Below the pieces are notes generated by a model that was given only the letters and a program-made list of their open reading frames with translations, was not told where the DNA came from and searched no databases. The position numbers and the translations under genes were made by a program. 44,396 bases of DNA from Octopus bimaculoides (lineage: Eukaryota): the NCBI RefSeq assembly GCF_001194135.2, contig NC_068988.1, positions 85,984,766-86,029,161 on the forward strand, given 5' to 3'. This document shows positions 1 through 11,107 of this stretch, piece by piece (within the stretch, counting starts at the first letter, position 1; each line of letters starts with the position of its first letter).

Positions 1-49
<49 letters not shown>

Positions 50-60
50 TATGTATGTAT

Positions 61-97
<37 letters not shown>

Positions 98-146
98 AAA
101 AGGGAAAGAAAGAAAGAAGGAACTGCGAAGGGTGGAAGGGAGTTCA

Positions 147-275
147 ATGTGCGTGTGTTTTTGTGTCTGAGCTTGTCTCCAACCACTTGACAATTACTGT
201 TGATGTTTTTACGTCCCTTACTTAGCAGTTCAGTAAAAGAAACCGATAGGATAGTTTTTAAAAAATAAAAGTACC
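147..275 (+). mobile_element. SINE family A, degenerate 3' half
   Basis: Diverged match to the 3' half of better-preserved copies (cttgacaa...gtttttacgtccc...ttagcagttcagtaaaagaaaccgatag). Confidence 0.6.
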
Positions 276-439
276 ACCATATATACATTCATACATACAT
301 GTGTGTATATATATGTGTGTGTATGTGCGCACGCGGCGTGTGTGTGAGTGAGTGCGTTAGTTTTTTTATTGGTTTCGATGACGAGGATTCAGTTGTTCGA
401 TCAACTGAAGTAGCTGAGTATTCCAGATACATATTCACC

Positions 440-600
440 TTTTATCATTTATTTGTTGCGGTCATTAGACTGCGGCCATGCTGGGGCGCCGCTTTGAAAT
501 GTTTTAGTCGGATAAATCAACCCCAACACTTACTACTTGTAATTCTGGTACTTATTTTATTGTTCTCTTTTGCCGAACTGTTGCGGTGAGACACCTACAA
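440..600 (-). mobile_element. SINE family A, 3' half
   Basis: gtcattagactgcggccatgctggggcgccgctttgaa...ttttgccgaact matches the copy at 41608-42014. Confidence 0.7.
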
Positions 601-824
601 ACAAGCACGCTCGCGCGCGCATACGCACGCGCGCGCACGCACACACGTGAAGCATCCACCCTAGAAATAGATCTAAAAATGTATTCAAATGCATAATTAT
701 TGAGAGTAATCGTAAATGATTTTATATGAATATGAAAAATTGCAATCTAATGACAGTGTGTGATGTAGAAGCATGTTGTGATGCATAATTAAAGCCTACA
801 AATTTTCATCCTCGTGTTATTATT

Positions 825-1348
825 GTTGAGGGGCTGCATGCACTCTAACATTTCTTTGACCTTCGACCCAACCTCCAATCCGACACATCCACACTCCTTA
901 GTCTGGCCGAACTTGTCCTCTCACTCAACTGCTTCTCGTTCGCTGGTGATTTTTACCAGCAGTTCTCGGGAGTGGCCATGGGAACGAGAATGGGCCCCAA
1001 CTTTGCGAACCAGTTCATGGGCTACTCTGAGGCCCAAATATTCTCAAGTTTCACGTTTCCCACTCCCGAACTATACGGCCGTTATATTGACGACTGTATC
1101 GGTGCAATCACACTCTCCCGCGAACATCTAAACTCCTTCTTCTCTTTTGTCAAATCTTTCCATCCTGCCCGCCACTTCTTCTGCACTATCTCTGACACCT
1201 CTGTCTCCTTTCTTGACATTTCGGTCAGCATTCATCACTCCACTCTCAACACCTCCATCCACTACAAACACACAGACTCACACTCATACCTCAACTTCTC
1301 CTCCTCTCACCCTAAACACACCAAGCTTTCCATCCCCTATTCCCAATT

Positions 1349-1352
<4 letters not shown>
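825..1352 (+). mobile_element. Penelope-like element (PLE) reverse transcriptase fragment, truncated, one nonsense codon
   Basis: Frame of ORF 972 extended upstream: EGLHAL*HFFDLRP...LAELVLSLNCFSFAGDFYQQFSGVAMGTRMGPNFAN...RYIDDC...FHP...SFLDI...YKHTDSHSYLNFSSSHPKHTKLSIPYSQFL. These are PLE RT and thumb motifs. The fragment runs into (CT)n(CA)n at about 1352. Confidence 0.9.
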
Positions 1353-1399
<47 letters not shown>

Positions 1400-1449
1400 G
1401 ACACACATATATATATATATATATGCATGCGGGTATGTATGTATGCATA

Positions 1450-1622
1450 ATACGACAAGCTTCCACGCAGTTTCTGCCAACCAAATTCACTTGTATAGCG
1501 TTGCTCGGCCCAGAGAAATGGTAGGAGACATTTGCCTAAGGGACCGCGCAGTTTGATTAGATCCGAAACTGTGTTGTTGCAAGGCCGAGTTTCTGAACCA
1601 CACAGCCGTGCCTACGCCGATG
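1450..1622 (-). mobile_element. SINE family A, diverged 5' half
   Basis: acgacaagcttccacgcagtttctgccaaccaaattcac...gaaccacacagccgtgcctacgcc aligns with the head of other copies. Confidence 0.7.
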
Positions 1623-1659
1623 TAATTCTCGGATAGAATCACACTGAAGCTGTATCTAT

Positions 1660-2290
1660 TGGCAATGGATGTGTCAATATAATTTGAATCCAGGTATGGA
1701 TTTTGCTATGAAGTCGTAAAGGGGACAATGAGGATTTTGATTTTGCATAAGATTGAACAAATTGTGTCTGTTGATTGCAGGATATAATTCTTTCTTCAAC
1801 TCAAATTGTTTCGATCAGTGGTTCGCAGCTGGGGTTTGTATGACCCTTGGAAGTCCTTATAAGAATTTGTTGTTAAAATTTGTGCAATAAACTGGTTATA
1901 TTTTTACAATTCACAAAATATTTAAACATTTTTAATACAATTCCGAACAATATTTAATCATACAAATATAACAGTTTTTAGACATCGAATGACTATGAGG
2001 GTCCCTCCTCTTGAGTAAAATAGGAATCAAAGGGGTCCATTTGCAAAACATAGTTGAGAGCCATTGGTTTAGATGCATCATGACACATTTTCTGCCACTC
2101 AGATTGATCTAGGCTATAACTTTCCCAAGATGTTAAATTAAGCTGTAAGGATTTTAGTGATTGTATCACCTTGTCCTTATACCTAAGAACGGGTTTTCCT
2201 TTACTGCGTAATCTCTCTACATACAAAGGAATTTTCGGAATGCGATCGTCTTGCATTTGAACAACATGTCCTGCCCATCTGCTCTGAATT
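1660..2290 (-). mobile_element. RTE-clade LINE 3' fragment, interrupted by an hAT MITE
   Basis: QSRWAGHVVQMQDDRIPKIPLY...GKPVLRYKDKV...LKSL...WESYSLDQSEWQKMCHDASK, then after the MITE QFELKK...; typical RTE C-terminal motifs. Confidence 0.8.
1816..2066 (-). mobile_element. hAT (Charlie/Buster-like) MITE, copy 1
   Basis: Termini CAGTGGTTCGCAGC...GTTGAGAGCCATTG; 8-bp flanks gtttcgat (1808-1815) and gtttagat (2067-2074); reverse complement aligns along its length with 42929-43181. Confidence 0.88.
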
Positions 2291-2699
2291 CTCAACTAGA
2301 ATAAACGCAACGCCTTTTATTATATATGGCCGATATGTGACTAAAATGATATGGTTAACCTGTAACTAAATAATAGCAACAGTAGCAACAGGAACAGCAA
2401 CTACTAGTACTACTACTTCTACTACAGCTGCTGCTGCTACTGCTACTGCTGCTGATGCTGCAATGACAAAAACAATTACAATGCTTCAATAATCAACAAT
2501 AAACCAGTTAGGGTGTGCCTATGTAACCAATCGAACTGCCAGAAAGACTGACAAAAACTTCTTTAGGAGATTATATAACGTAGCTCTACACAATAAATTT
2601 GATTTGTTGCTAGTATTTGAGTGTTTTGATTGGCTATTGCAATTCAATTTAATAGTTATTGTAATGCGTAAAATAGTGTTTTTGCGTCTGTATGAATAT

Positions 2700-2763
<64 letters not shown>

Positions 2764-2765
<2 letters not shown>

Positions 2766-3325
2766 TAAGTCCTGGTATGGCTACAAAAAATATCAGAATG
2801 TCATGTTCGTTGATGCTACCCTTGGCGACGAATTAGCACACCTTTTTAGAAAAACATGAGATAAGGCCAATCTAAGGATTAAAGTAATAGAAAGGAGTGG
2901 TGCCCCAATAAAATCCCCGATCTGTATAACTTATCCCTTCGATAGGTCCCCATGTACTGAGAACAACTGTATTGTATGTAGGATGAACCCACAGGTTAAC
3001 TGCAAGGTTAGGAATATTGTGTATAGCTTACGATGTACTGAGGGACGGTGCAGAAGCATGACAACTACTTACATTAGAGAGACAGCACGCAGCATAGGTG
3101 AGACCGTATAGGTGAACTCAAAGAAGAAAAGGGCTCGTCAGTACTCTACCAATATCCTCAAGCAGAACATAAAGGCTCTGTCAATAGCACAAAGGCCAAG
3201 GCATTATCAACGCATAGAACTGACACACTTATACAGATCACAGAGGCTGCACACATAGCAATAGACAGACCGAGCCTCAACAGAAAGCACCAATGGAACA
3301 ATAGCAGCCACCACCATACCACATA
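2764..3325 (+). mobile_element. PLE C-terminal linker plus GIY-YIG endonuclease fragment (second family), frameshifted
   Basis: VMFVDATP(G)DELAHLFRKT*DKANLRIKVIERSG...PFDRSPCTENNCIVC...CKVRNIVYSLRCTEGRC...YIRETARSIGE, then shifted SSVLYQY...EH...IQITEAAHIAIDRPSLNRKHQWN. Confidence 0.85.
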
Positions 3326-4039
3326 ACATCACTACTAAACACTGATAGGAGAAAAAAAAGCAAATACAAACAGCGTAATACATATACAATAGACATATAT
3401 ACACATACCTATGATAAATATACAAAAAAAGAATTCGACATAAAAAAAACTGTATAAAGGGCACGGGTATAAACAACATAGGAAGCGAACCCATATACAC
3501 ACACACAAACACACATAGAGTAACTTCACAGACGGTCACAACAATATCAACAACACGACTAACAACGACAACAGCAACAGCGCTAACAACAACGGCTACA
3601 ACAACAACTACTACCACTACTACTACCACGATGGCAGCAGCATGGGTGAAAGCACAAACACTGAGTTACAAGAACGGTACGAAAAGTCGGGCGGCAGCAA
3701 CAGCAGCAACGGGATAAGGGACGGGGCTGAGGCGAGGGTCATAGTGCTACTAAGAACAATGACACATACACACATGCACACGCACACACACAGACGCATG
3801 CGCATATAAAATTATGGCTTAAGTTTAGGAAGTTCATAGTGATAAAAGGGGCCCTGTGTAGGTGTAAAGTAAATTATTATGGAATGTGGAGGGCGACTGG
3901 GGTTGGGGTGACTGTTTATGTGTAAGTGTTTAAGGTGGTTCCCAGCTAATTAGACTTATATAGATGAATATGCAAGTGTGGGATTTGTAGAGGGTCCTAC
4001 TATTTTACCGATACTTTGAAAAAACATATAGGACTACAT

Positions 4040-5245
4040 GAAGACAAAAATTTTGTTGTTCTCTAATTTCCTATTGAGGAGGAGTTGTTTAGCCGTTAGG
4101 ATAGCTAGGCGTTCTGATAAAGAGAGATCACAGCGTCTATCAGCAGTTTTGCACGCGGTTGTTTTTGCGAGTATACGCTAGTTTAATCCATAATCTATTT
4201 TTTATATCCTTAAGTTCCCAAATGTATCTACAGAGTCCAGTTGAATTAGCCTTACTCCGATTTCTGAAGCTAGGTTGGTGTGCGTTATATCTAAGAATCA
4301 TTTGGTTTTTAGTGGTTCCGGTATATGATTTTATCTGGCTATTTGTGTGCACGTCACATTAGTAAACTACGTTATTTGTTTTATATCCATTTGAGAAGTA
4401 GCACTTTGTTCTATCGCTGCAGCCACATAAATTATTAGGTAAATTTGTGTTCGTGTTATGTTGTGGAGACTATTACTGTTCAGGTCTATATCTAAGTTAG
4501 TAGGAGGCGCTACGTTAGTGGTAGGCTTTGTCCTATTATTTGGTTAGTTATTATTTTTATTGTTCACAATTTTTCTAGTTTCATAGAAGTTGTCTAGTTT
4601 TTTAATTATTTATTGAGGCTATGATTGTAGCTAAGTTATTGGTCAGGCTGTGGCCTACTCTAATTTTATTTCTAAATAATTCTACGTATTTATTATTAAC
4701 GTTTAGGTGTTTATGATTTTCATTAATGAGCGAACTATGTTTGATTTGAGGTGCATGGTGTAGGGGATTACGAGCCAGATTTTATCACTATTTTGTTTAT
4801 TTTTGTATTGTTTTTTCTAGTATAGAAGCTGCCCTCCTTGTTTGTGAGCCGTGTGAAGTTATGGTTATAGCTATCTTGCTTATTTCCATAGTTAGGTTTC
4901 ACTTTCACTTCCTGTTACTTTTGCCCATTCTATTGATGTTGCTTGCGAAGGCTTTATGTGGACTAGATGGCATGGTTTTCTTGTTATTAACAGGGTTCAT
5001 ATTGGTTCTTTGGGGCGCTTGAATTTTATTCATACCGATGTGTAGGTTCATATTATTATTTTTGTAGCTAATGTTATTTTGGGGCTTATTTGTGTACTCG
5101 GTGTCATTAGTTGTGTTAATATTGTTAATCTTATTAATTGTCACTTCATCGGTATTAGTGTTCTGGTTATTTTTGTTGTTGTTGGTGGTTTGTGTATGGG
5201 CCTTGGCGTTGTTTTTATTGAGGTTACCCATACTGTTCTAATTGT
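4040..5245 (-). mobile_element. PLE 3' fragment with GIY-YIG endonuclease (third family) and Asn-rich linker
   Basis: KIWLVIPY...FRNKIRVGHSLTNNLATIIASINN...CGCSDRTKC...NVVY*CDV...KSYTGTTKN...RYNAHQPSFR...STGLCRYIWELK...RRCDLSLSERLAIL...LLNRK; several frameshifts and stops. Confidence 0.85.
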
Positions 5246-5261
5246 TGGTGTAGTTTGTGGA

Positions 5262-5428
5262 GCGCGGCTGTGTGGTAAGAAGTTTACTTCCCAACAACAT
5301 GGTTCCAGGTTGGGTCCCACTGTGTGGTACCTTTGGCAAGTGTCTTCTATTATAACCACGGGCTGACCAAAGTCGACTGGATTTGTTAGACGGAAACTGA
5401 AATGAGTCTGTCGAACATATATACGTGT

Positions 5429-5474
<46 letters not shown>

Positions 5475-5657
5475 TCGCGCGTTTGTCCCCGGTGTTAGTG
5501 TGTTTACATCCCTGTAACTTAGAGGTTCGGCAAAGAGATTGATAGAATATGTACAAGGCGTAAAAATAAATAACAGGGTCGGTTCATTTGGCTAAAAATT
5601 CGTCAATGCATAGCCCCGGCATGGTCATAGTCTAATGACTGAAAGTAGTAAAAGATA
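5262..5657 (+). mobile_element. SINE family A, full length, internal (GT)n
   Basis: tRNA-like head (ggctgtgtggtaag...ggttgggtccc), core ccttt/gggcaagtgtcttct, (GT)n at about 5432-5470, 3' half ending gactgaaagtagtaaaag. Confidence 0.85.
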
Positions 5658-5883
5658 GTTGTTGTTTGGTAAANNNNNNNNNNNNNNNNNNNNNNNNNNN
5701 NNNNNNNNNNNNNNNNNNNNNNNNNNNNNNNNNNNNNNNNNNNNNNNNNNNNNNNNNNNNNNNNNNNNNNNNNNNNNNNNNNNNNNNNNNNNNNNNNNNN
5801 NNNNNNNNNNNNNNNNNNNNNNNNNNNNNNNNNNNNNNNNNNNNNNNNNNNNNNNNNNNNNNNNNNNNNNNNNNNNNNNNNNN

Positions 5884-5919
<36 letters not shown>

Positions 5920-5929
5920 GCATGTGTGT

Positions 5930-6148
5930 GTGTATTTATGTGTGTGTCTGTGTTTGTACCCCCGCTATCGCTTGACAACCGATGCTGGTGTGTTTATGTC
6001 CCCGTAATTTAGCGGTTCGGCAAAAGCAAACCAATAGAATACGTACTACGCTTACAAAGAAAAAGTCATGGGGTCGAGTTCTTCGACTAAAACCCCTTAA
6101 GCACACCAGATGTCTGCAGTCAAATGATTGGAACAGATAAAAAAGAAT
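5930..6148 (+). mobile_element. SINE family A, 3' half after a gap and (TA)n
   Basis: cgcttgacaaccgatgctggtgtgtttatgtccccgtaatttagcggttcggcaaaag...gcagtcaaatgattggaac, then (TACA)n. Confidence 0.85.
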
Positions 6149-6496
6149 ACATACATACATACATACATACATACATAAAATGTATACCGATACATGTATG
6201 TACGTATGTTTGTATGTATTAATATACGTACGTACGTATGCATGTATTACTTATGTATATACGTACGTTTGTATGTAAATATCTGTGTATGCACGTATGT
6301 ATGTAAGTATGCACTGTGAAGTCCCTTTCATATTCTTCACAATGAATTTCTCTCTATTCTCAGCAGAGTCAACCCTATTGAGTAAACCGGTATAGACCAA
6401 ATCTTCTTATATCATCGCCATCACCATCATCTTTATCATCGTTATCATCTTCGATCTTGTCATCATCATCATCATCATCATCATCCATCATCATCA

Positions 6497-6533
<37 letters not shown>

Positions 6534-6534
<1 letters not shown>

Positions 6535-7330
6535 TTATGTTTGACTTTTGTTTTGCATTTGTACAAGTTGGATCCAAGTCTCACCCAGAGACCTCAAGAG
6601 ACAACAAGTTAGAAGTTCATGTAGGTGTTATGCCTAGGGTACCATATATTTGGATTTGTACAGTTTTGTTCTAGTGAATGTTTAAGAAACCATAAGAAAA
6701 TTATGTGTTTGTTTTAAAATTTGAGATCACATAGACAGTATTTTACGTAGGATATGGGCAGTTCCCATGAGCACTATCTTTTGAACTTCAGCCATTTTGG
6801 GGTTTCCTGGTATCTGAGCTAGGTAGTAATCAGCCCGTTTCGCTGTCATTCCCAGGGCACCTATGACANNNNNNNNNNNNNNNNNNNNNNNNNNNNNNNN
6901 NNNNNNNNNNNNNNNNNNNNNNNNNNNNNNNNNNNNNNNNNNNNNNNNNNNNNNNNNNNNNNNNNNNNNNNNNNNNNNNNNNNNNNNNNNNNNNNNNNNN
7001 NNNNNNNNNNNNNNNNNNNNNNNNNNNNNNNNNNNNNNNNNNNNNNNNNNNNNNNNNNNNNNNNNNNNNNNNNNNNNNNNNNNNNNNNNNNNNNNNNNNN
7101 NNNNNNNNNNNNNNNNNNNNNNNNNNNNNNNNNNNNNNNNNNNNNNNNNNNNNNNNNNNNNNNNNNNNNNNNNNNNNNNNNNNNNNNNNNNNNNNNNNNN
7201 NNNNNNNNNNNNNNNNNNNNNNNNNNNNNNNNNNNNNNNNNTCCACATTTTGCTAATTTCTATTTCAAGATCTTTATATTTGCTCAGTTTTTGGTAGGTC
7301 TTGACAGATACGTTTATATCGATTGGGATA

Positions 7331-7332
<2 letters not shown>
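6534..7332 (-). mobile_element. 5'-truncated R4/Dong-like non-LTR retrotransposon (restriction-like endonuclease C-terminus plus 3' UTR) spanning an N-gap
   Basis: IPIDINVSVKTYQKLSKYKDLEIEISKMW [gap] VIGALGMTAK...YLAQIPG...VQKIVLMGTAHILRKILSM*; about 190-nt 3' UTR; (TAA)n on both flanks. Confidence 0.85.
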
Positions 7333-7394
<62 letters not shown>

Positions 7395-7403
7395 AGCAGC
7401 AGC

Positions 7404-7509
<106 letters not shown>

Positions 7510-7523
7510 TAATAGGTTAGTTC

Positions 7524-7574
7524 TATGGTTCACTGAACCGTTTCGACAATATTTGTCTCATCAGTCATGAAGAA
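7524..7574 (-). ncRNA. Hammerhead ribozyme-like core, probably inactive
   Basis: Minus strand: CTGATGA-GACAA-ata-TTGTC-GAAA-CGGTTC-agt-GAACCA-TA. Catalytic core and stem II are perfect, stem III has one C.A mismatch, and stem I cannot be formed in cis. Confidence 0.55.
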
Positions 7575-7929
7575 AATTAGAATTTTAATTAGCAAAAGGA
7601 ACATAAAGAACCATTGCAAAAAGCACAAAGATCAACCTTTTACAAACAATCTCCTTAGATAGTATCGATAACAACACTCTATACCGAAAAAGCCGCAACC
7701 AATGAATTTGATGGACATTGAAACGAAATCTAAAACGTCAGAAAAGGCAAGGAAGAAAATCTTCTTAACTGACAGCAAGTATTAATAATTTCACCAGTTA
7801 TTTTTTCCATAGAAGGAGGTGTAGTCTGGGAGTTCCTCAGTCGACATCCGAAGATGTGTATGTCAATATTTATCTTGGTCATATTGTTAGGACAAAACTT
7901 GTGTGTGCGTGTGTGTGTGTGTGCGTGTG

Positions 7930-7974
<45 letters not shown>

Positions 7975-8090
7975 ACGTGTNNNNNNNNNNCATACATAAC
8001 AAACTAATTACAACAATATTTTTTGTTTATCAATGGTAAAAATTTAAAATTGCGAAGTAGAAAAACATGTTAAAAAGATTCAATGTTTAC

Positions 8091-8390
8091 AAGATTCGAT
8101 AATATCAAATATGATTTAAATGTTCACAACATTCAATAATATTTTTTAAAAATGGATCATCTTCAAATTCACAAAATTCAATAGTGTCAGAAGTGATTAA
8201 TAAGAAATGTGTATCACCAAATGATCGGTTATATTGAGTCGAGATTCAATTATAACAAACATGATTTAAATGTTCACAACATTCAATAATATAAAAAATG
8301 TGGACCATCTCGTTTAAAGGCACAAAATTCTATAGTGTTAGTAGTGATCGATAAAAAATGTGGATCATCAAAGGTTCGGTAATACTGAGA
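8091..8390. repeat. Tandem duplication, about 150-bp unit x2
   Basis: atgatttaaatgttcacaacattcaataat occurs at 8111 and 8261, with further aligned blocks (cacaaaattc.atagtgt, aaatgtg.atca.caaa). Confidence 0.9.
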
Positions 8391-8844
8391 TAAGAGGAAG
8401 AAAAACAAGGGAGAAGTGAAGATAGTAAAAAAAGGATTTTGTTACAGTTTCTGTAACTCTTTTTCCGTCGTCTGCAGGGATTTTCGCTTGTAATGGCGTT
8501 TTTTGGAATCCAGTGTATTTATAATTTTTTTTCCGCGAACGGAAAAGTACTGATGACGTCTTATTTTTTTGGTGGTCAAGTTTGTCGTTCTGCTTGGTTG
8601 ACTTCCCTGTGGGGAACGGTCATCAGCCGTTCCAGTTGGTCGATTCTTTTAAAGGGTTATTTTGTTGTATTTACTGAAGTTCGGTTTTGATTGGAGGTAA
8701 AATTTCATTGGTCTAGATTCAGGATAACACGACACTCGATAAAATCTTGTGTGAACTACAAGTCATAAACTCAAAACTCACTCTCTTGGCAGACAAACTC
8801 GACAAATCACATTGCAACTTCAAAGAAATATGCCCGGATGAAGC

Positions 8845-8990
8845 AAGATCGATTACATTGATCCCAGAACTTGACTGATACTCTGTTTTATCAACCCCAA
8901 AAGGGTTAAAGGCAAAGTTGACCTGAGCAGGATATGTACTCAGAATATCACAGAACCGGAAGAAAAGCTACAAGACATTTTTGTCAGTCG
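8845..8990 (-). mobile_element. SINE family B, diverged
   Basis: Reverse-complement match to gagttcaaat...gtcgactttgcctttcatc...ggggttgataaa...tatcag of the 25 kb copies. Confidence 0.6.
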
Positions 8991-9199
8991 ACCAATATTA
9001 TAATCCTTCAATCTTTTTTGACAACGATTCTGAAAGCAAAAAAATGAGGAACCGAGTATAAATATCTTATACATGATGTTCTGGCAGGCTATTGGACGGT
9101 AAATATTAGCTTGGGTGATTTGTCTATTTTTTCTAACAGAGTAATGGAAGCAGTCAGCCATTTGAGCAGATCGAACGCGGATCGAACCCACTTTATGAT

Positions 9200-9592
9200 C
9201 TATCATCTCTTATTTGCATCAGTCATGAGACTGCGGCCATGCTGTCAGACCGCCTTGAAGGGTTTAGCCGAACAAATCGACCTAGGTACTTATTTTTAGC
9301 GCCTGGTATGTTTTTGCCGAAGCGCTAAGTTATAGTAACGTAAACAGCCCTGCACTGGCTATCAAGCGATGCCGGAAGGACAGACGCAAAAACATAGATA
9401 GATACATACATATACATATACACACACACTCGACAGGGTTTTCTTCAGTTTCTGTGAAATCTACTCACAAGGCCTTGGTCGGCTTCGGGCTGCAGCAAAA
9501 TATACTTATTCGAAGTACCGCGCACTGGACCTGAACCCAAGACCACATAGCTGAAAAGCAAGCTTCTTAATCACTCAGCCACGCCTACGCTC
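9200..9592 (-). mobile_element. SINE family A, full length
   Basis: Both halves present around an internal (TAGA)/(TACA)/(CA) tract; aligns with 41608-42014. Confidence 0.85.
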
Positions 9593-9782
9593 ATTTCTAT
9601 ACAGTGGTAAGCTGTGTTACCAAATCTCGGCAATAAAAGGTGAGATACTTGAACAAATATCCTGTCATAAGATCTGGACATGGAAATATTCTGTTTGTCA
9701 TTTTGTTTACTTGTATTTCCGGTGATCTGACATTAATTTCATGTTACTGTTATTCAATATGTTTGCAGTAGCCTTTTTCAGA

Positions 9783-9981
9783 TTATTCTGTCCCTAATGC
9801 TTTATTTCTTAAGCTCATCATATCTTCCTCATAAAGGTCCCTTGTAAGTTTCCTCTTGTCCTCCTGGTAGTGGGGGGCTGGGTCTTTTACAGAGAGCGAG
9901 TTATTTACGTTGAAGCTATGATAGACTGATCTGAGTTCTCTGGCGTGTTTGTATGCATTTATATAAGTATGTAACCATTTA
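9783..9981 (-). CDS. Candidate terminal coding exon of an unidentified gene
   Basis: Acceptor ctttgcgtttcaag, then 1 nt plus 65 open codons KWLHTYINAYKHARELRSVYHSFNVNNSLSVKDPAPHYQEDKRKLTRDLYEEDMMSLRNKALGTE and TAA; non-repetitive sequence. No homology recognised. Confidence 0.35.
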
Positions 9982-10098
9982 CTTGAAACGCAAAGTCTTT
10001 TGTTTCAAGATAATTATATTCTACCCCGATGACATTATATGCCAACTCTATTACAAAAGAGCAACAACAACAACTACAACAGGAACAGCAACAACGGC

Positions 10099-10189
<91 letters not shown>

Positions 10190-10340
10190 TGTTGTTTTGC
10201 GCGCTACCTTCTTTTCTTCTCGACGTAGTACTTTCTGAAGACATTACGTTGATGTGTAGAATACATACTTCTATTGCATACATATACATACTATTATCAC
10301 CCATAGACATGCGTGAGCGCATGCAAAGACATACAACCAT

Positions 10341-10380
<40 letters not shown>

Positions 10381-11018
10381 ATACAGAGATAGAACGAAAG
10401 ATAGGTACATACATANNNNNNNNNNNNNNNNNNNNNNNNNNNNNNNNNNNNNNNNNNNNNNNNNNNNNNNNNNNNNNNNNNNNNNNNNNNNNNNNNNNNN
10501 NNNNNNNNNNNNNNNNNNNNNNNNNNNNNNNNNNNNNNNNNNNNNNNNNNNNNNNNNNNNNNNNNNNNNNNNNNNNNNNNNNNNNNNNNNNNNNNNNNNN
10601 NNNNNNNNNNNNNNNNNNNNNNNNNNNNNNNNNNNNNNNNNNNNNNNNNNNNNNNNNNNNNNNNNNNNNNNNNNNNNNNNNNNNNNNNNNNNNNNNNNNN
10701 NNNNNNNNNNNNNNNNNNNNNNNNNNNNNNNNNNNNNNNNNNNNNNNNNNNNNNNNNNNNNNNNNNNNNNNNNNNNNNNNNNNNNNNNNNNNNNNNNNNN
10801 NNNNNNNNNNNNNNNNNNNNNNNNNNNNNNNNNNNNNNNNNNNNNNNNNNNNNNNNNNNNNNNNNNNNNNNNNNNNNNNNNNNNNNNNNNNNNNNNNNNN
10901 NNNNNNNNNNNNNNNNNNNNNNNNNNNNNNNNNNNNNNNNNNNNNNNNNNNNNNNNNNNNNNNNNNNNNNNNNNNNNNNNNNNNNNNNNNNNNNNNNNNN
11001 NNNNNNNNNNNNNNNNNN

Positions 11019-11107
<89 letters not shown>

